Source: a virus
Lineage: Duplodnaviria; Caudoviricetes
Virus record (IMG/VR): IMGVR_UViG_3300031758_000299
Span: 1-33,685 of that record
DNA: 33,685 bases
Direction: 5' to 3' (one strand)
The translations under genes were made by a program, and so were the position numbers. Of the stretch, positions 7,686 through 15,181 are shown piece after piece (the stretch's first letter is position 1; every line of letters begins with the position of its first letter). A model generated the notes under the pieces. That model worked only from the letters and a program-made list of their open reading frames with translations, did no database searches and had not been told where the DNA came from.

Positions 7686-7783
7686 GCCGGGCCATCCATC
7701 GTCGCGTCACTGAACATGTCCATGGTCTTTTCGCCCACGATAACCCCTTCGGCGGCAGCTTTCACGTTCTTCACGGCCTGCAT
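7682..7783 (-). pseudogene. Possible C-terminal remnant of a phage DNA methyltransferase
   Basis: QAVKNVKAAAEG...MDMF resembles the tail that follows ELKPSYYR in phage N4/N6 MTases; no catalytic part is present. Confidence 0.35.
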
Positions 7784-7956
7784 TCCATTTCCTGCCAGCG
7801 GCGCACGCAGGCGCGGTGGACGTATGCGATGGCATCCTCGCTGCAGAGCGGCGGAGGAACCGAGAGCGCGTCGCACATCTCGGCCACGGACAGGCCCTCG
7901 CGGACCCACATAGCGATGGTCTCGCGCACGTCGATTGCCATGTCCTCTAACGTCAT
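7771..7956 (-). CDS. Hypothetical protein
   Basis: MTLEDMAIDVRETIAMWVREGLSVAEMC...; TGATG-coupled. Confidence 0.55.
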   Translation of the reverse strand: MTLEDMAIDVRETIAMWVREGLSVAEMCDALSVPPPLCSEDAIAYVHRACVRRWQEMECRP

Positions 7957-8771
7957 CACGCGGCGTCCATGATCGAGACCCCGGCCGACTGCCGGTGAAG
8001 TTCACGGATGACGTCCTTGGTCTTCGTCGCCTCCAGCCACGTCACGATCTGGGGGATGACAGGCAAGGCCCCGTGGGCGATCAGCCACTCCGCGAACTCG
8101 GCGGCGGCCTGCTCACCGATGTCGCGGTCGATCTGCTTGTTTTCTGTCTTCCCGGAACGCTCGGCGGCGATCTGCGCCAGCTTGGCGCGGTCAGGGGTGG
8201 CGGCCTTGAGCAGCCTGTCCTGCGTCCAGCCCTCTGCGCGGGCTTGGTCGCGGACGTCCTGGGGCAGCGAGGCGATCTTTTCGGCGCGACGGATGGATGG
8301 CTCAGAGACGCCCAACGTCTCGGCCGTCTTCTTGAAGCCCTTGTCGTGCGGCTGGTGGCCGCCCAAAGGGGTGTCAACTTGACGCCCCTTATCCGCCGTC
8401 AGCCGGCGCCACTCGTCGATATGCTCGGCCCGGTCAACAGGGGAGAGTTCTGCGCGGTGCAGGTTCTCCGCGATCTCCCAAAGGCGGGCATCAATTTCGT
8501 CGCCGTCTATGACCGCGACGTCGATCATTTCCCACCCGAGACGCTTAGCCGCCTCTAGCCGGTGCAGGCCCGCGACAAGTGCGGGCTGATCCGAAAGAAC
8601 CGCTCCGTCTGCCGATACAGCATCAGGGACCATGCGGACGCTGATGGGCGTCCGCAGGCCGAGGGACCGCATCGACTCTTCCAAGGCAGGAAGTTTGCTC
8701 TCATCAAGAGCACGCTTCCGTTGCCCGAGAAGAATGGCATCCACGGCCATGCGCTCGATGATCGTGGGCAT
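7956..8771 (-). CDS. ParB/Srx-like N-terminal domain protein with HTH
   Basis: LEESMRSLGLRTPISVR, LVAGLHRLEAAKRLGW, EIAENLHRAELSP, TAETLGVSEPSIRRA. Confidence 0.88.
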   Translation of the reverse strand: MPTIIERMAVDAILLGQRKRALDESKLPALEESMRSLGLRTPISVRMVPDAVSADGAVLSDQPALVAGLHRLEAAKRLGWEMIDVAVIDGDEIDARLWEIAENLHRAELSPVDRAEHIDEWRRLTADKGRQVDTPLGGHQPHDKGFKKTAETLGVSEPSIRRAEKIASLPQDVRDQARAEGWTQDRLLKAATPDRAKLAQIAAERSGKTENKQIDRDIGEQAAAEFAEWLIAHGALPVIPQIVTWLEATKTKDVIRELHRQSAGVSIMDAA

Positions 8772-9700
8772 CACTGCACCTGCGGGAACGGTTCGGGCGA
8801 CGACCCTCCGGTAATCCACCGGAGAACCTTCGTCGGGACGCCAGCGCGGCGATGGTTCCACGACTTGATCGCGAGGGCGGCCAACTCCGTCACGGGGAGT
8901 TTGCCCTTCGCCGCCAAGTTCTCGATCAGGCGTGCGCGAAGAGCGCCGACGTTGTTGTGCTTCCCGACAACCCCATCCCCCGTCGCCAGCTCAACGAAGA
9001 AGCGATCAGCGGCAACCTGATCAACGCGCGCCATGAGGTAGTGGAGGGCCGCCCAAGCACCGGCTGACCACCGGAACACGCGGTAGGTCGCTCGCCCGTG
9101 CGTCATGCTGATCTGCACGTCGTCCCATCGCATCGCACTCAGACGATCCGTGATTTCCTGCGGCGTCCGATGCGTGCCAAGGTGCATCTTAGCCTCGTAG
9201 TTGATGATGAACTTCACCATCACCGCAACGTACGTGGCATCCGGCACGCCACTCATCCCGAGGATGTCACCGGCAGTGCGCTTCGCGCCAAGATCGACGG
9301 TGTTTCGGCTGGATCGCGTGACCCCAAACACGAAGATCGAGCGAATGGCGGTGTTCGATAGCAAAACCGCGTTGAGACGGTGCTGCCCGTCGTTTAGCTC
9401 CCCGGTGTCGGAGATGATGATCGGCTCGCCGTTCAGATCCCAATCGCCGCGAAGGATCGCTGCGGCGTACTCTCCAACCTTGGACCGATAAACGGCGCGG
9501 TTCGCCGGGTTCCTGGCGAGCAACAGTTCCGCCAGTTCCGGCGTGACCGTCACCGTCTCCGTGAACACGCCGTCCGTCGCCATGCGGCGGATTTGGTGGT
9601 CGAGCCACGACTTCGCCCGAGCCTCCGGGCTAGCGGTAGGAAGCTTCTGCTTGGCGACAAACTCGCCCAACGTCTTGTCAAAAACGATATCGAGTGTCAT
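8771..9700 (-). CDS. DGQHR-motif ParB-superfamily protein
   Basis: RNPANR...Y...I.RGDWDLNGEPIII...LNDGQHRLNAV...DLGAKRT; AAGGA RBS before MTLDIVF. Confidence 0.8.
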   Translation of the reverse strand: MTLDIVFDKTLGEFVAKQKLPTASPEARAKSWLDHQIRRMATDGVFTETVTVTPELAELLLARNPANRAVYRSKVGEYAAAILRGDWDLNGEPIIISDTGELNDGQHRLNAVLLSNTAIRSIFVFGVTRSSRNTVDLGAKRTAGDILGMSGVPDATYVAVMVKFIINYEAKMHLGTHRTPQEITDRLSAMRWDDVQISMTHGRATYRVFRWSAGAWAALHYLMARVDQVAADRFFVELATGDGVVGKHNNVGALRARLIENLAAKGKLPVTELAALAIKSWNHRRAGVPTKVLRWITGGSSPEPFPQVQ

Positions 9701-9725
9701 AGATCCCTTGTCCTTTGCTGATTGT

Positions 9726-9778
9726 GGACGTCCGCAGACGTCCGGGTTACCCCCGCGATTGCCCGTCGCGGGGGTTTT
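9726..9778. other. Two adjacent hairpins upstream of the DGQHR gene; the second looks like a plus-strand terminator
   Basis: GGACGTC-cgca-GACGTCC (9726-9743) and ACCCCCGCGA-ttgcccg-TCGCGGGGGT-TTTCAGTTT (9749 onward). Confidence 0.55.
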
Positions 9779-9905
9779 CAGTTTCGCTGGCACGCTCAAC
9801 GATGCTTTCGACGCAGCGGAGCAACCCGGCGAAAATGCCGACCACGGCCACCGCGGCGATGACCGCCAGCACGGCTATGGCGATGTGTTCCTGGGTAATC
9901 TCCAT
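9747..9905 (-). CDS. Small single-pass membrane protein (52 aa, not in track)
   Basis: MEITQEHIAIAVLAVIAAVAVVGIFAGLLRC...; GGGAG RBS. Confidence 0.6.
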   Translation of the reverse strand: MEITQEHIAIAVLAVIAAVAVVGIFAGLLRCVESIVERASETENPRDGQSRG

Positions 9906-10048
9906 CACTCGGTCTCCCCGTATCGATGGGCGTCCTCACGACGGGGACGGGACGTTCGCCAGATCAGCCACAGGGCTCCGAAGACGCAGCCACCGGCCGA
10001 TAGGGCGCCCACGATGAGAACGAGGAAGAGGGCGAGGGCGTCGGTCAT
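9905..10048 (-). CDS. Small membrane protein (47 aa, not in track)
   Basis: MTDALALFLVLIVGALSAGGCVFGALWLIWR...; coupled on both sides. Confidence 0.6.
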   Translation of the reverse strand: MTDALALFLVLIVGALSAGGCVFGALWLIWRTSRPRREDAHRYGETE

Positions 10049-10314
10049 TCCGCTGCCCCTGCTGACTGAGCAGCCTTGCGGCGGGCGTAGTAGGCGCGCA
10101 TGTAAGCGCGCTTCGCCTCAGTCCATTCGCTGTCCACGCCGTACCGCTTGTGATGCGCGCGCCGAAGCGACTCATTTGCTTTTTGAGGATTCAGCACTTG
10201 CCACACATTTGAATGCGGCATTTGCAACCGGCGCCCAATTTCTCTTTGGCTCACGCCTTCGGCATGTAGCCGCCGGATCTCTGCGTTCCGCTCGGGATAG
10301 CGTTCCTTGGTCAT
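10045..10314 (-). CDS. HTH DNA-binding protein
   Basis: RNAEIRRLHAEGVSQREIGRRLQMPHSNVWQVL; GGAGG RBS. Confidence 0.75.
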   Translation of the reverse strand: MTKERYPERNAEIRRLHAEGVSQREIGRRLQMPHSNVWQVLNPQKANESLRRAHHKRYGVDSEWTEAKRAYMRAYYARRKAAQSAGAAE

Positions 10315-10592
10315 CGCATCACCTCCATTTGAGGAGCCAGATCGCGAGACTGATGCGTGCGTTTAGCAGGCGCATCCGCGCGACGAGCCGCCACTTTCTC
10401 CACCACGCCCTCACGGGTCGCCTCCATGTGATGATGTGCCCTCCTCGCCATCCATGCCGCATCAGACCGTGTGCCCGGTGCCGCAACGGATTGACCGGCC
10501 GAAGCCGGCTGGATGGCTTGGTGTGCTCTGATCGGAGGGCAGGACCGGCCGGAAGATGCGGCCCCGGAACTGTATGGCGCGGCGCGCGTCAT
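10311..10592 (-). CDS. Doubtful hypothetical ORF in the cII position
   Basis: ATGA-coupled on both sides, but low-complexity composition and hairpin-rich. Confidence 0.35.
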   Translation of the reverse strand: MTRAAPYSSGAASSGRSCPPIRAHQAIQPASAGQSVAAPGTRSDAAWMARRAHHHMEATREGVVEKVAARRADAPAKRTHQSRDLAPQMEVMR

Positions 10593-11074
10593 GCGGCCTC
10601 GCGCTCGGGTGGCAGATCGAACGCGGGCGGCTCAATGCCACGGCGCTCGCACTCACGGACCACGCGAAGCTGCAACCGATCGGGAAAGCGATCCGCCCTC
10701 CGCCAGTTGCTGACGGCAGACGGGAGCACGCCGAACAGCCTTGCTGTCGCCGTCGTGCCGCCGAATGCAATCACGAACCTGTCAACCGACGTATCGGCCC
10801 TTTGCTTACGATGCCTGCGCTCGTTGACTGGGCGGCCTCGGCTTACGGCGCCCATCACTTCAGGAGACGGATCAAACCATTCACCGACCCGACGGAAGTC
10901 GGTCAACTCCCGATGCAACGCCCGCTCTTCCGCTTCCCCGCCGTCCATGACAGCCAGCAGCCGAAGATGGTCCGGCGCCGACGTCTGAATCATCGACAGA
11001 CGCTTCCGAACGTCATTGGTGTGACCGATCTTGATCGGGCCGGCGTCGCCGGCTTGGATAAAGTAGACCGGCAT
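10589..11074 (-). CDS. T5orf172/MUG113 (GIY-YIG-like) domain fused to a C-terminal Cro-like HTH
   Basis: VYFIQAG..GPIKIGHT...RLSMIQT...ERALH...GEWF, then FVIAFGGTTATARLFGVLPSAVSNWRR. Confidence 0.8.
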   Translation of the reverse strand: MPVYFIQAGDAGPIKIGHTNDVRKRLSMIQTSAPDHLRLLAVMDGGEAEERALHRELTDFRRVGEWFDPSPEVMGAVSRGRPVNERRHRKQRADTSVDRFVIAFGGTTATARLFGVLPSAVSNWRRADRFPDRLQLRVVRECERRGIEPPAFDLPPEREAA

Positions 11075-11310
11075 CAGGCGGCCTCCGAAAGCCACGGCAT
11101 CAAGTCCCTTGCCGACAGCGGAGCGCCACGCTCCCGAGCCGCTTGCAAAAGCGCCTCGTGATGACGGGCAGGGACCTGCCCGCCGTGGCCTTTTGGTTTC
11201 GGCTGACTCCAGCGCCAGACCTGGACTCGGGTAACCCGGAGGATCTCGCAAACAGGCTTGATGCCGCCGAAGGCCGAAACGACGCGATGTGCTGGTGTGG
11301 TATCGTTCAT
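11074..11310 (-). CDS. cro: Cro-like transcriptional regulator
   Basis: VVSAFGGIKPVCEILRVTRVQVWRWSQPK..GHGGQVPARH; first gene of the replication operon. Confidence 0.75.
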   Translation of the reverse strand: MNDTTPAHRVVSAFGGIKPVCEILRVTRVQVWRWSQPKPKGHGGQVPARHHEALLQAARERGAPLSARDLMPWLSEAA

Positions 11311-11317
11311 GCCACGG

Positions 11318-11346
11318 ACGTTACGAAATTCATAACGACCCGTCAA
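11318..11346 (-). promoter_or_regulatory. pR-like promoter (leaderless cro) overlapped by operator 1
   Basis: Minus strand TTGACG-17 nt-TAACGT-7 nt-ATG; palindrome CGTTACGAAATTCATAACG at 11319-11337. Confidence 0.8.
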
Positions 11347-11410
11347 GCCCCATGCCCGCGATCGTTTGGGGTTGAGGGATGGACCGAGGTAGGCCGATTC
11401 GTGCCCGCAC

Positions 11411-11428
11411 CGTTACGAATTTCATAAC
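11411..11428. promoter_or_regulatory. Operator 2
   Basis: CGTTACGAATTTCATAAC, near-identical to operator 1. Confidence 0.8.
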
Positions 11429-11433
11429 AAGCC

Positions 11434-11464
11434 CATTGCGCATTTCGTAACGGCCCGCTATTGT
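11434..11464 (+). promoter_or_regulatory. pL-like promoter overlapped by degenerate operator 3
   Basis: TTGCGC (11436)-17 nt-TATTGT (11459); operator-like CATTGCGCATTTCGTAACG; followed by the leader hairpin CATCAGCA-cga-TGCTGATG. Confidence 0.7.
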
Positions 11465-11595
11465 CCCCCCCATCAGCACGATGCTGATGGCCGAGGCGGT
11501 CCCTCCCCCGTCCCACCCGGCCCAACTACCGCCCGTCGCGCTTAAACCGGCTGCGACGGGCGGGACCTTCCGGGAGGAAAAAGGGGAAAGTGACT

Positions 11596-11910
11596 ATGGA
11601 CAAGCCGAGTTTTACGCCGGGGCCTTGGCAGGTGGGCGACGTGACTGAAACGGATGATTGTCACGTCCACGCATGGATCAGGCCTGTGGCCGGCGGCGGC
11701 ACAGGTTGCGCAGGCGCAGGGCGCTACATGGCGGTCAGCGGCATCATGACGATGGCCGATGCCCGCCTGATCGCCGCCGCCCCGGAGATGTTCGAGGCGC
11801 TGAAGGCCCTTCGCGCGGCGTTTATGACCCACACCCAATGGAGTGGCGAGCCGCCGGCCGAAGTGCTTGCCGCAGACGCCGCTCTCTCCCGTGCAGGGGA
11901 GGGCGCGTGA
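11596..11910 (+). CDS. Phage early protein of the TPGPW...ARLIAAAP family
   Basis: FTPGPWQV...ADARLIAAAPEMFEALKAL. Confidence 0.8.
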   Translation: MDKPSFTPGPWQVGDVTETDDCHVHAWIRPVAGGGTGCAGAGRYMAVSGIMTMADARLIAAAPEMFEALKALRAAFMTHTQWSGEPPAEVLAADAALSRAGEGA

Positions 11911-12392
11911 TGCCCACCCAAGAAATCCGCCACCGCTCTACCGACGCCGTGCTGTTCAGCGCGGAACTGTCGGCGGAATACGACGGCGCGACAAGTAGTG
12001 TCAGGCTCGGCGCGGCGGTCAAGCTGGCCGTAAAGGCGGGCGCCTATCTATCCGGCGCCGATCTGGCCGGCGCCAATCTGGCCCGCGCCGATCTGGCCGG
12101 CGCCTATCTGACCGACGCCCATCTGGTCGGCGCCAATCTGGACGGTGCCAATCTGGCCTACGCCAAAGACGTGATCGACGCCGGCACCCCGGATGGCTGG
12201 TGGTGCGTCGGGTGGCGTCGCGACGGCGTGGTCCGCGTTCGCGTCGGGTGCAGGGACAAAACGTTGGCCGAGGGCGGCGAGTACTGGCGCGGCAAGGACA
12301 ACCGCCGCGAGGTGATGGCGGCGCTGGACTACGTCGAATCCGTGGCACGGGCGCGCGGATGGATCGTCACCGATGCGAAGGAGAGCGCGTGA
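11910..12392 (+). CDS. Pentapeptide-repeat protein
   Basis: A(D/N/Y/H)Lxx x8, followed by a VRVGC...W C-terminal domain. Confidence 0.9.
   Translation: MPTQEIRHRSTDAVLFSAELSAEYDGATSSVRLGAAVKLAVKAGAYLSGADLAGANLARADLAGAYLTDAHLVGANLDGANLAYAKDVIDAGTPDGWWCVGWRRDGVVRVRVGCRDKTLAEGGEYWRGKDNRREVMAALDYVESVARARGWIVTDAKESA
12042..12161 (+). repeat. Eight 15-bp tandem repeats (GCCNATCTGNNCNNC) encoding the pentapeptides
   Basis: Units start at 12042, 12057, 12072, 12087, 12102, 12117, 12132 and 12147. Confidence 0.9.
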
Positions 12393-12688
12393 TGCCCTTC
12401 ACCATCGCATCCAAGCGGATGATGGCCGAGGATCGGCGCATCCAAGAGCTTGACGGCGACGAGTTGGCCGTCGCCATCGGCAAGGTCTACGACGCGGTGG
12501 ACGCATTTAAGGCCGCCATCCGCAAGGCCGCCGCTCCGACCCGCGCGATGACGGAGGACATCGAAGACGAACTTCGGTGCCTTAGTGACATCGAGGCCGA
12601 GGTGATCGGAGACTTCCGTCGCTACTACGACCATCAGGCTGTAGAGCGTGCCGACGATATCGTGCTTGCCGAGAGGGGTCCGCGATGA
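12392..12688 (+). CDS. Hypothetical protein
   Basis: MPFTIASKRMMAEDRRIQEL...; GGAG RBS; TGATG-coupled. Confidence 0.7.
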   Translation: MPFTIASKRMMAEDRRIQELDGDELAVAIGKVYDAVDAFKAAIRKAAAPTRAMTEDIEDELRCLSDIEAEVIGDFRRYYDHQAVERADDIVLAERGPR

Positions 12689-12822
12689 GCCGCATGTCCG
12701 ACGAACACCTCCGCATGACGGAAGCGGGCCTGATCGGAAACGACGACGGGCCGGAGCGTGACCCGCCCGAGGCAATTGAGCGGGACATTAACGCCCTTTT
12801 GGACGACGGGGAGGCTCACTGA
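12685..12822 (+). CDS. Small acidic protein (45 aa, not in track)
   Basis: MSRMSDEHLRMTEAGLIGNDDGPERD...; coupled on both sides. Confidence 0.55.
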   Translation: MSRMSDEHLRMTEAGLIGNDDGPERDPPEAIERDINALLDDGEAH

Positions 12823-13394
12823 TGTCACCCCAAACCACCATTAAGCGCGCATGGCTGATGGACGACATCGCCGCGCTGCGTCGGTGGGTGGCGGCCGGAA
12901 TGACCGACGCTCAGATCGGCGCAGCTATGCACCGGACTGCAACGGCGGTTTGCTGCAAGCGCCGCGAACTGAAGATTTTTGTGAACGCGGAAGAGTTGAT
13001 GGCGCGCACCGCCGCCGCCGTGGCTCGCCGCCGGGAAGACCTGGCCGCGCGCGCAGTGCCCCTGTTCGCCGCCGGTCTCAGCGTGGCTCAGATTTCTCGC
13101 GATCTGGGGTATGCGTCCGAAACCGTGACCGACGCGCTGCGTCATGCCGGGTGCGACACGTCGCGCGGCACGAAGCGCGGAACGTGGCTTCGGGAACAGA
13201 ACAAGCGGGCCGCGAACGCGGAATATCGAGGGTGCGTCGAGGCGTGCGCGGTCAAGCCCGCACCGGGCGACCTGTCCGCTATCTACCGGGGGCGACGGTA
13301 CGACGCCGACGACATGCGCTTTCGGCCATCTGGAGTGACGCTGCGCCCGGCTCCCTTGCCGACGCACGTTCCAACACAATCCACCCTCGCGTGA
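12822..13394 (+). CDS. GcrA-like double-HTH protein
   Basis: WLMDDIAALRRWVAAGMTDAQIGAAMHRTATAVCCKRREL resembles the GcrA N-terminal HTH; second HTH GLSVAQISRDLGYASETV. Confidence 0.7.
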   Translation: MSPQTTIKRAWLMDDIAALRRWVAAGMTDAQIGAAMHRTATAVCCKRRELKIFVNAEELMARTAAAVARRREDLAARAVPLFAAGLSVAQISRDLGYASETVTDALRHAGCDTSRGTKRGTWLREQNKRAANAEYRGCVEACAVKPAPGDLSAIYRGRRYDADDMRFRPSGVTLRPAPLPTHVPTQSTLA

Positions 13395-13403
13395 GGTGAT
13401 TTA

Positions 13404-13637
13404 ATGACCAACGTCATCGTGCTAGACCACTACCGGGGTTCGGCGCCCGCGCTCCCCCATGTGGACATTGGGGATTTCGTGTGGGTGCCAAACCAGTCCC
13501 GTCTCGGGGTCGGGCGGGTCACCTACGTGTCAGACGTCCACGGGGTGATGGTGCTGGAGATGGCGTTCCCCAACGGGATCGTCCGCAAGCTGCCGGCCCG
13601 CGAGGTTGAACTGTACGACCCGCACGGTGCCGCATGA
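13404..13637 (+). CDS. Small SH3/KOW-like protein
   Basis: IGDFVWV...GVGRVTYV...MAFPNGIVRK; GAGGTG RBS. Confidence 0.7.
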   Translation: MTNVIVLDHYRGSAPALPHVDIGDFVWVPNQSRLGVGRVTYVSDVHGVMVLEMAFPNGIVRKLPAREVELYDPHGAA

Positions 13638-13750
13638 TTGCGTTCCTGCGCCGCCTGTTTGGCCGCCGGCCCGATCCCCGCCCGCGTCTCAACCTTGCCC
13701 TGCTGGCCGTCCACATGGACGCCGCATCCCCACGGAGGACGCTGCGATGA
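13634..13750 (+). CDS. Small peptide (38 aa, not in track)
   Basis: MIAFLRRLFGRRPDPRPRLNLALLAVHMDAASPRRTLR; ATGA on both sides. Confidence 0.5.
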   Translation: MIAFLRRLFGRRPDPRPRLNLALLAVHMDAASPRRTLR

Positions 13751-13929
13751 CCGTGCATAGCGTGGTCTACGACTTCACCGGCCCGCCGACCAAGTCGCCT
13801 CAAACAGACCGCGACGTCGAAATGGTGCGCCGTGGGATAGAGGCCGCTGCCGCCATCGTCGCGTATCGATGGGTGCGTGAGGAGATCCGCGCGCTAGACC
13901 CCGCTGCCATCGCACGGGGCGATCAATGA
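13747..13929 (+). CDS. Small protein carrying the array C-terminal module
   Basis: RDVEMVRRGIEAAA...EIRALDPAAI; GGAGG RBS. Confidence 0.65.
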   Translation: MTVHSVVYDFTGPPTKSPQTDRDVEMVRRGIEAAAAIVAYRWVREEIRALDPAAIARGDQ

Positions 13930-14432
13930 CCGCCGCTCACACCCTGCACCGTGCCGTCGCCGGGCATCGCGCCCTTGCCGACGCACTCCGTCGCCAGTTC
14001 CCGGACGTGGACGATCAGGCCCTTGCCGACACGCTGGAGGGCGAAACCACGTTCGACGGAGCCGTGGGTCGCGTTCTCCGTCACATGGCCGAGGACGAGG
14101 CGCTGGTCGCTGGATTGGGTGTTATCATGGGGGAGTTCGCGGCCCGCAAGAAGCGGCTGGAGGCGCGCATCGAACGGACACGGGAAGCCATCGCGGACGC
14201 TATGAGCGAGGTCGGCATGGCGAAGGTGGTCACGCCCCTCGCTACCGTCACGGTGCGGGCCGGGAAGCCCGAGGTGATCGTGACGGACGAGGCGGCGCTG
14301 CCCACGCACCTCACGAAGACGACCGTATCCCCTGACAAGCGCGCCATTCGAGAAGCGATTGAGCGCGGCGAAACCATCGACGGCGTGACGCTCGGAAACG
14401 GCACCTCCGTCCTGACCATTAGGAGGGCATGA
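13926..14432 (+). CDS. Siphovirus Gp157-family protein
   Basis: DTLEGET...coiled coil...P.VIVTDEAALP...PDKRAIREAIERGETIDGVTL. Confidence 0.85.
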   Translation: MTAAHTLHRAVAGHRALADALRRQFPDVDDQALADTLEGETTFDGAVGRVLRHMAEDEALVAGLGVIMGEFAARKKRLEARIERTREAIADAMSEVGMAKVVTPLATVTVRAGKPEVIVTDEAALPTHLTKTTVSPDKRAIREAIERGETIDGVTLGNGTSVLTIRRA

Positions 14433-15181
14433 TGCCTTTCACCAACGAACAAGTCGCGGCCCTCAGTGCGAAGTTGAACGGCACGCACGTCAAGTCGCGG
14501 TCTCAGGCCGGTCGGCAACTCAGTTACATCGAAGGCTGGCACGCCATTGCCGAGGCGAACCGCATCTTCGGATTCCACGCTTGGGACCGCACCCTTTCCG
14601 CTCTCAAGGAACTTGGGGCGCCGCGCGAGGTGGATGGGAAGTGGCGCGTCGCTTGGATGGCTACCGTTCGGATCACTGTCGTGACCGACAACGGGATGCC
14701 GGTCGTGCGAGACGGGACTGGCTACGGGTCCGGGATCGACAAGGACCTAGGCCAAGCCCACGAAAGCGCGATCAAGGAAGCCGAGACGGACGCGATGAAG
14801 CGGGCGCTGATGACGTTCGGCAACCCCTTCGGCTTGGCCCTTTACGACAAGACCCAAGAGGACGTGGAACGGGAGCCGCCGAAGGCCGCGCCGAAGCCCA
14901 CCCCCGCACCGCCGCCGCAGGCCAGCGCGCCGCCTGATTGGTGGGGCCGCGACAACCTCGAAATCCCGGTCGCACGCGGGGATTACGGCGCGTGGTCTGA
15001 GCGCATTAAGAAGGCGATCGACGCCGCTCCCGACCTCCCGAAGATCAACAAGCTGATGAGCGACAATGGCGCCCACCTTGTTGCTTTCGAGCGGGATGAG
15101 AAGGCCGGCGCTGCGTTCATTAAGGACCGTGCGGCGAAGCGGCGTGCCGTGTTCGCGCAGGGCGAAGTGAGGGATGCGTGA
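14432..15181 (+). CDS. sak: Rad52/22-family single-strand annealing protein (Sak)
   Basis: LSYIEGWHAIAEANRIFGFHAW...RDGTGYG...HESAIKEAETDAMKRALMTFGNPFGLALYD. Confidence 0.92.
   Translation: MPFTNEQVAALSAKLNGTHVKSRSQAGRQLSYIEGWHAIAEANRIFGFHAWDRTLSALKELGAPREVDGKWRVAWMATVRITVVTDNGMPVVRDGTGYGSGIDKDLGQAHESAIKEAETDAMKRALMTFGNPFGLALYDKTQEDVEREPPKAAPKPTPAPPPQASAPPDWWGRDNLEIPVARGDYGAWSERIKKAIDAAPDLPKINKLMSDNGAHLVAFERDEKAGAAFIKDRAAKRRAVFAQGEVRDA

Noticed and set aside
7956-8771. ParABS plasmid-prophage partition system
   Set aside because: No ParA Walker-box ATPase or clear parS array in the window.
8771-9700. DNA phosphorothioation (dnd) system
   Set aside because: Only a DGQHR motif is present; no DndA/C/D/E-like genes nearby.
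9543-10988. 481-aa plus-strand ORF
   Set aside because: Antisense shadow of coupled minus-strand genes; Arg/Ser/Pro-rich with no motifs.
11352-11427. Micro-ORFs (MPAIVWG, MDRGRPIRART...) as cI remnants
   Set aside because: Too short to support homology by eye.
12042-12161. CRISPR array or DGR variable region (NAT/NNC codon variation)
   Set aside because: No spacers or cas genes, and no reverse transcriptase or template repeat in the window; explained by pentapeptide coding.
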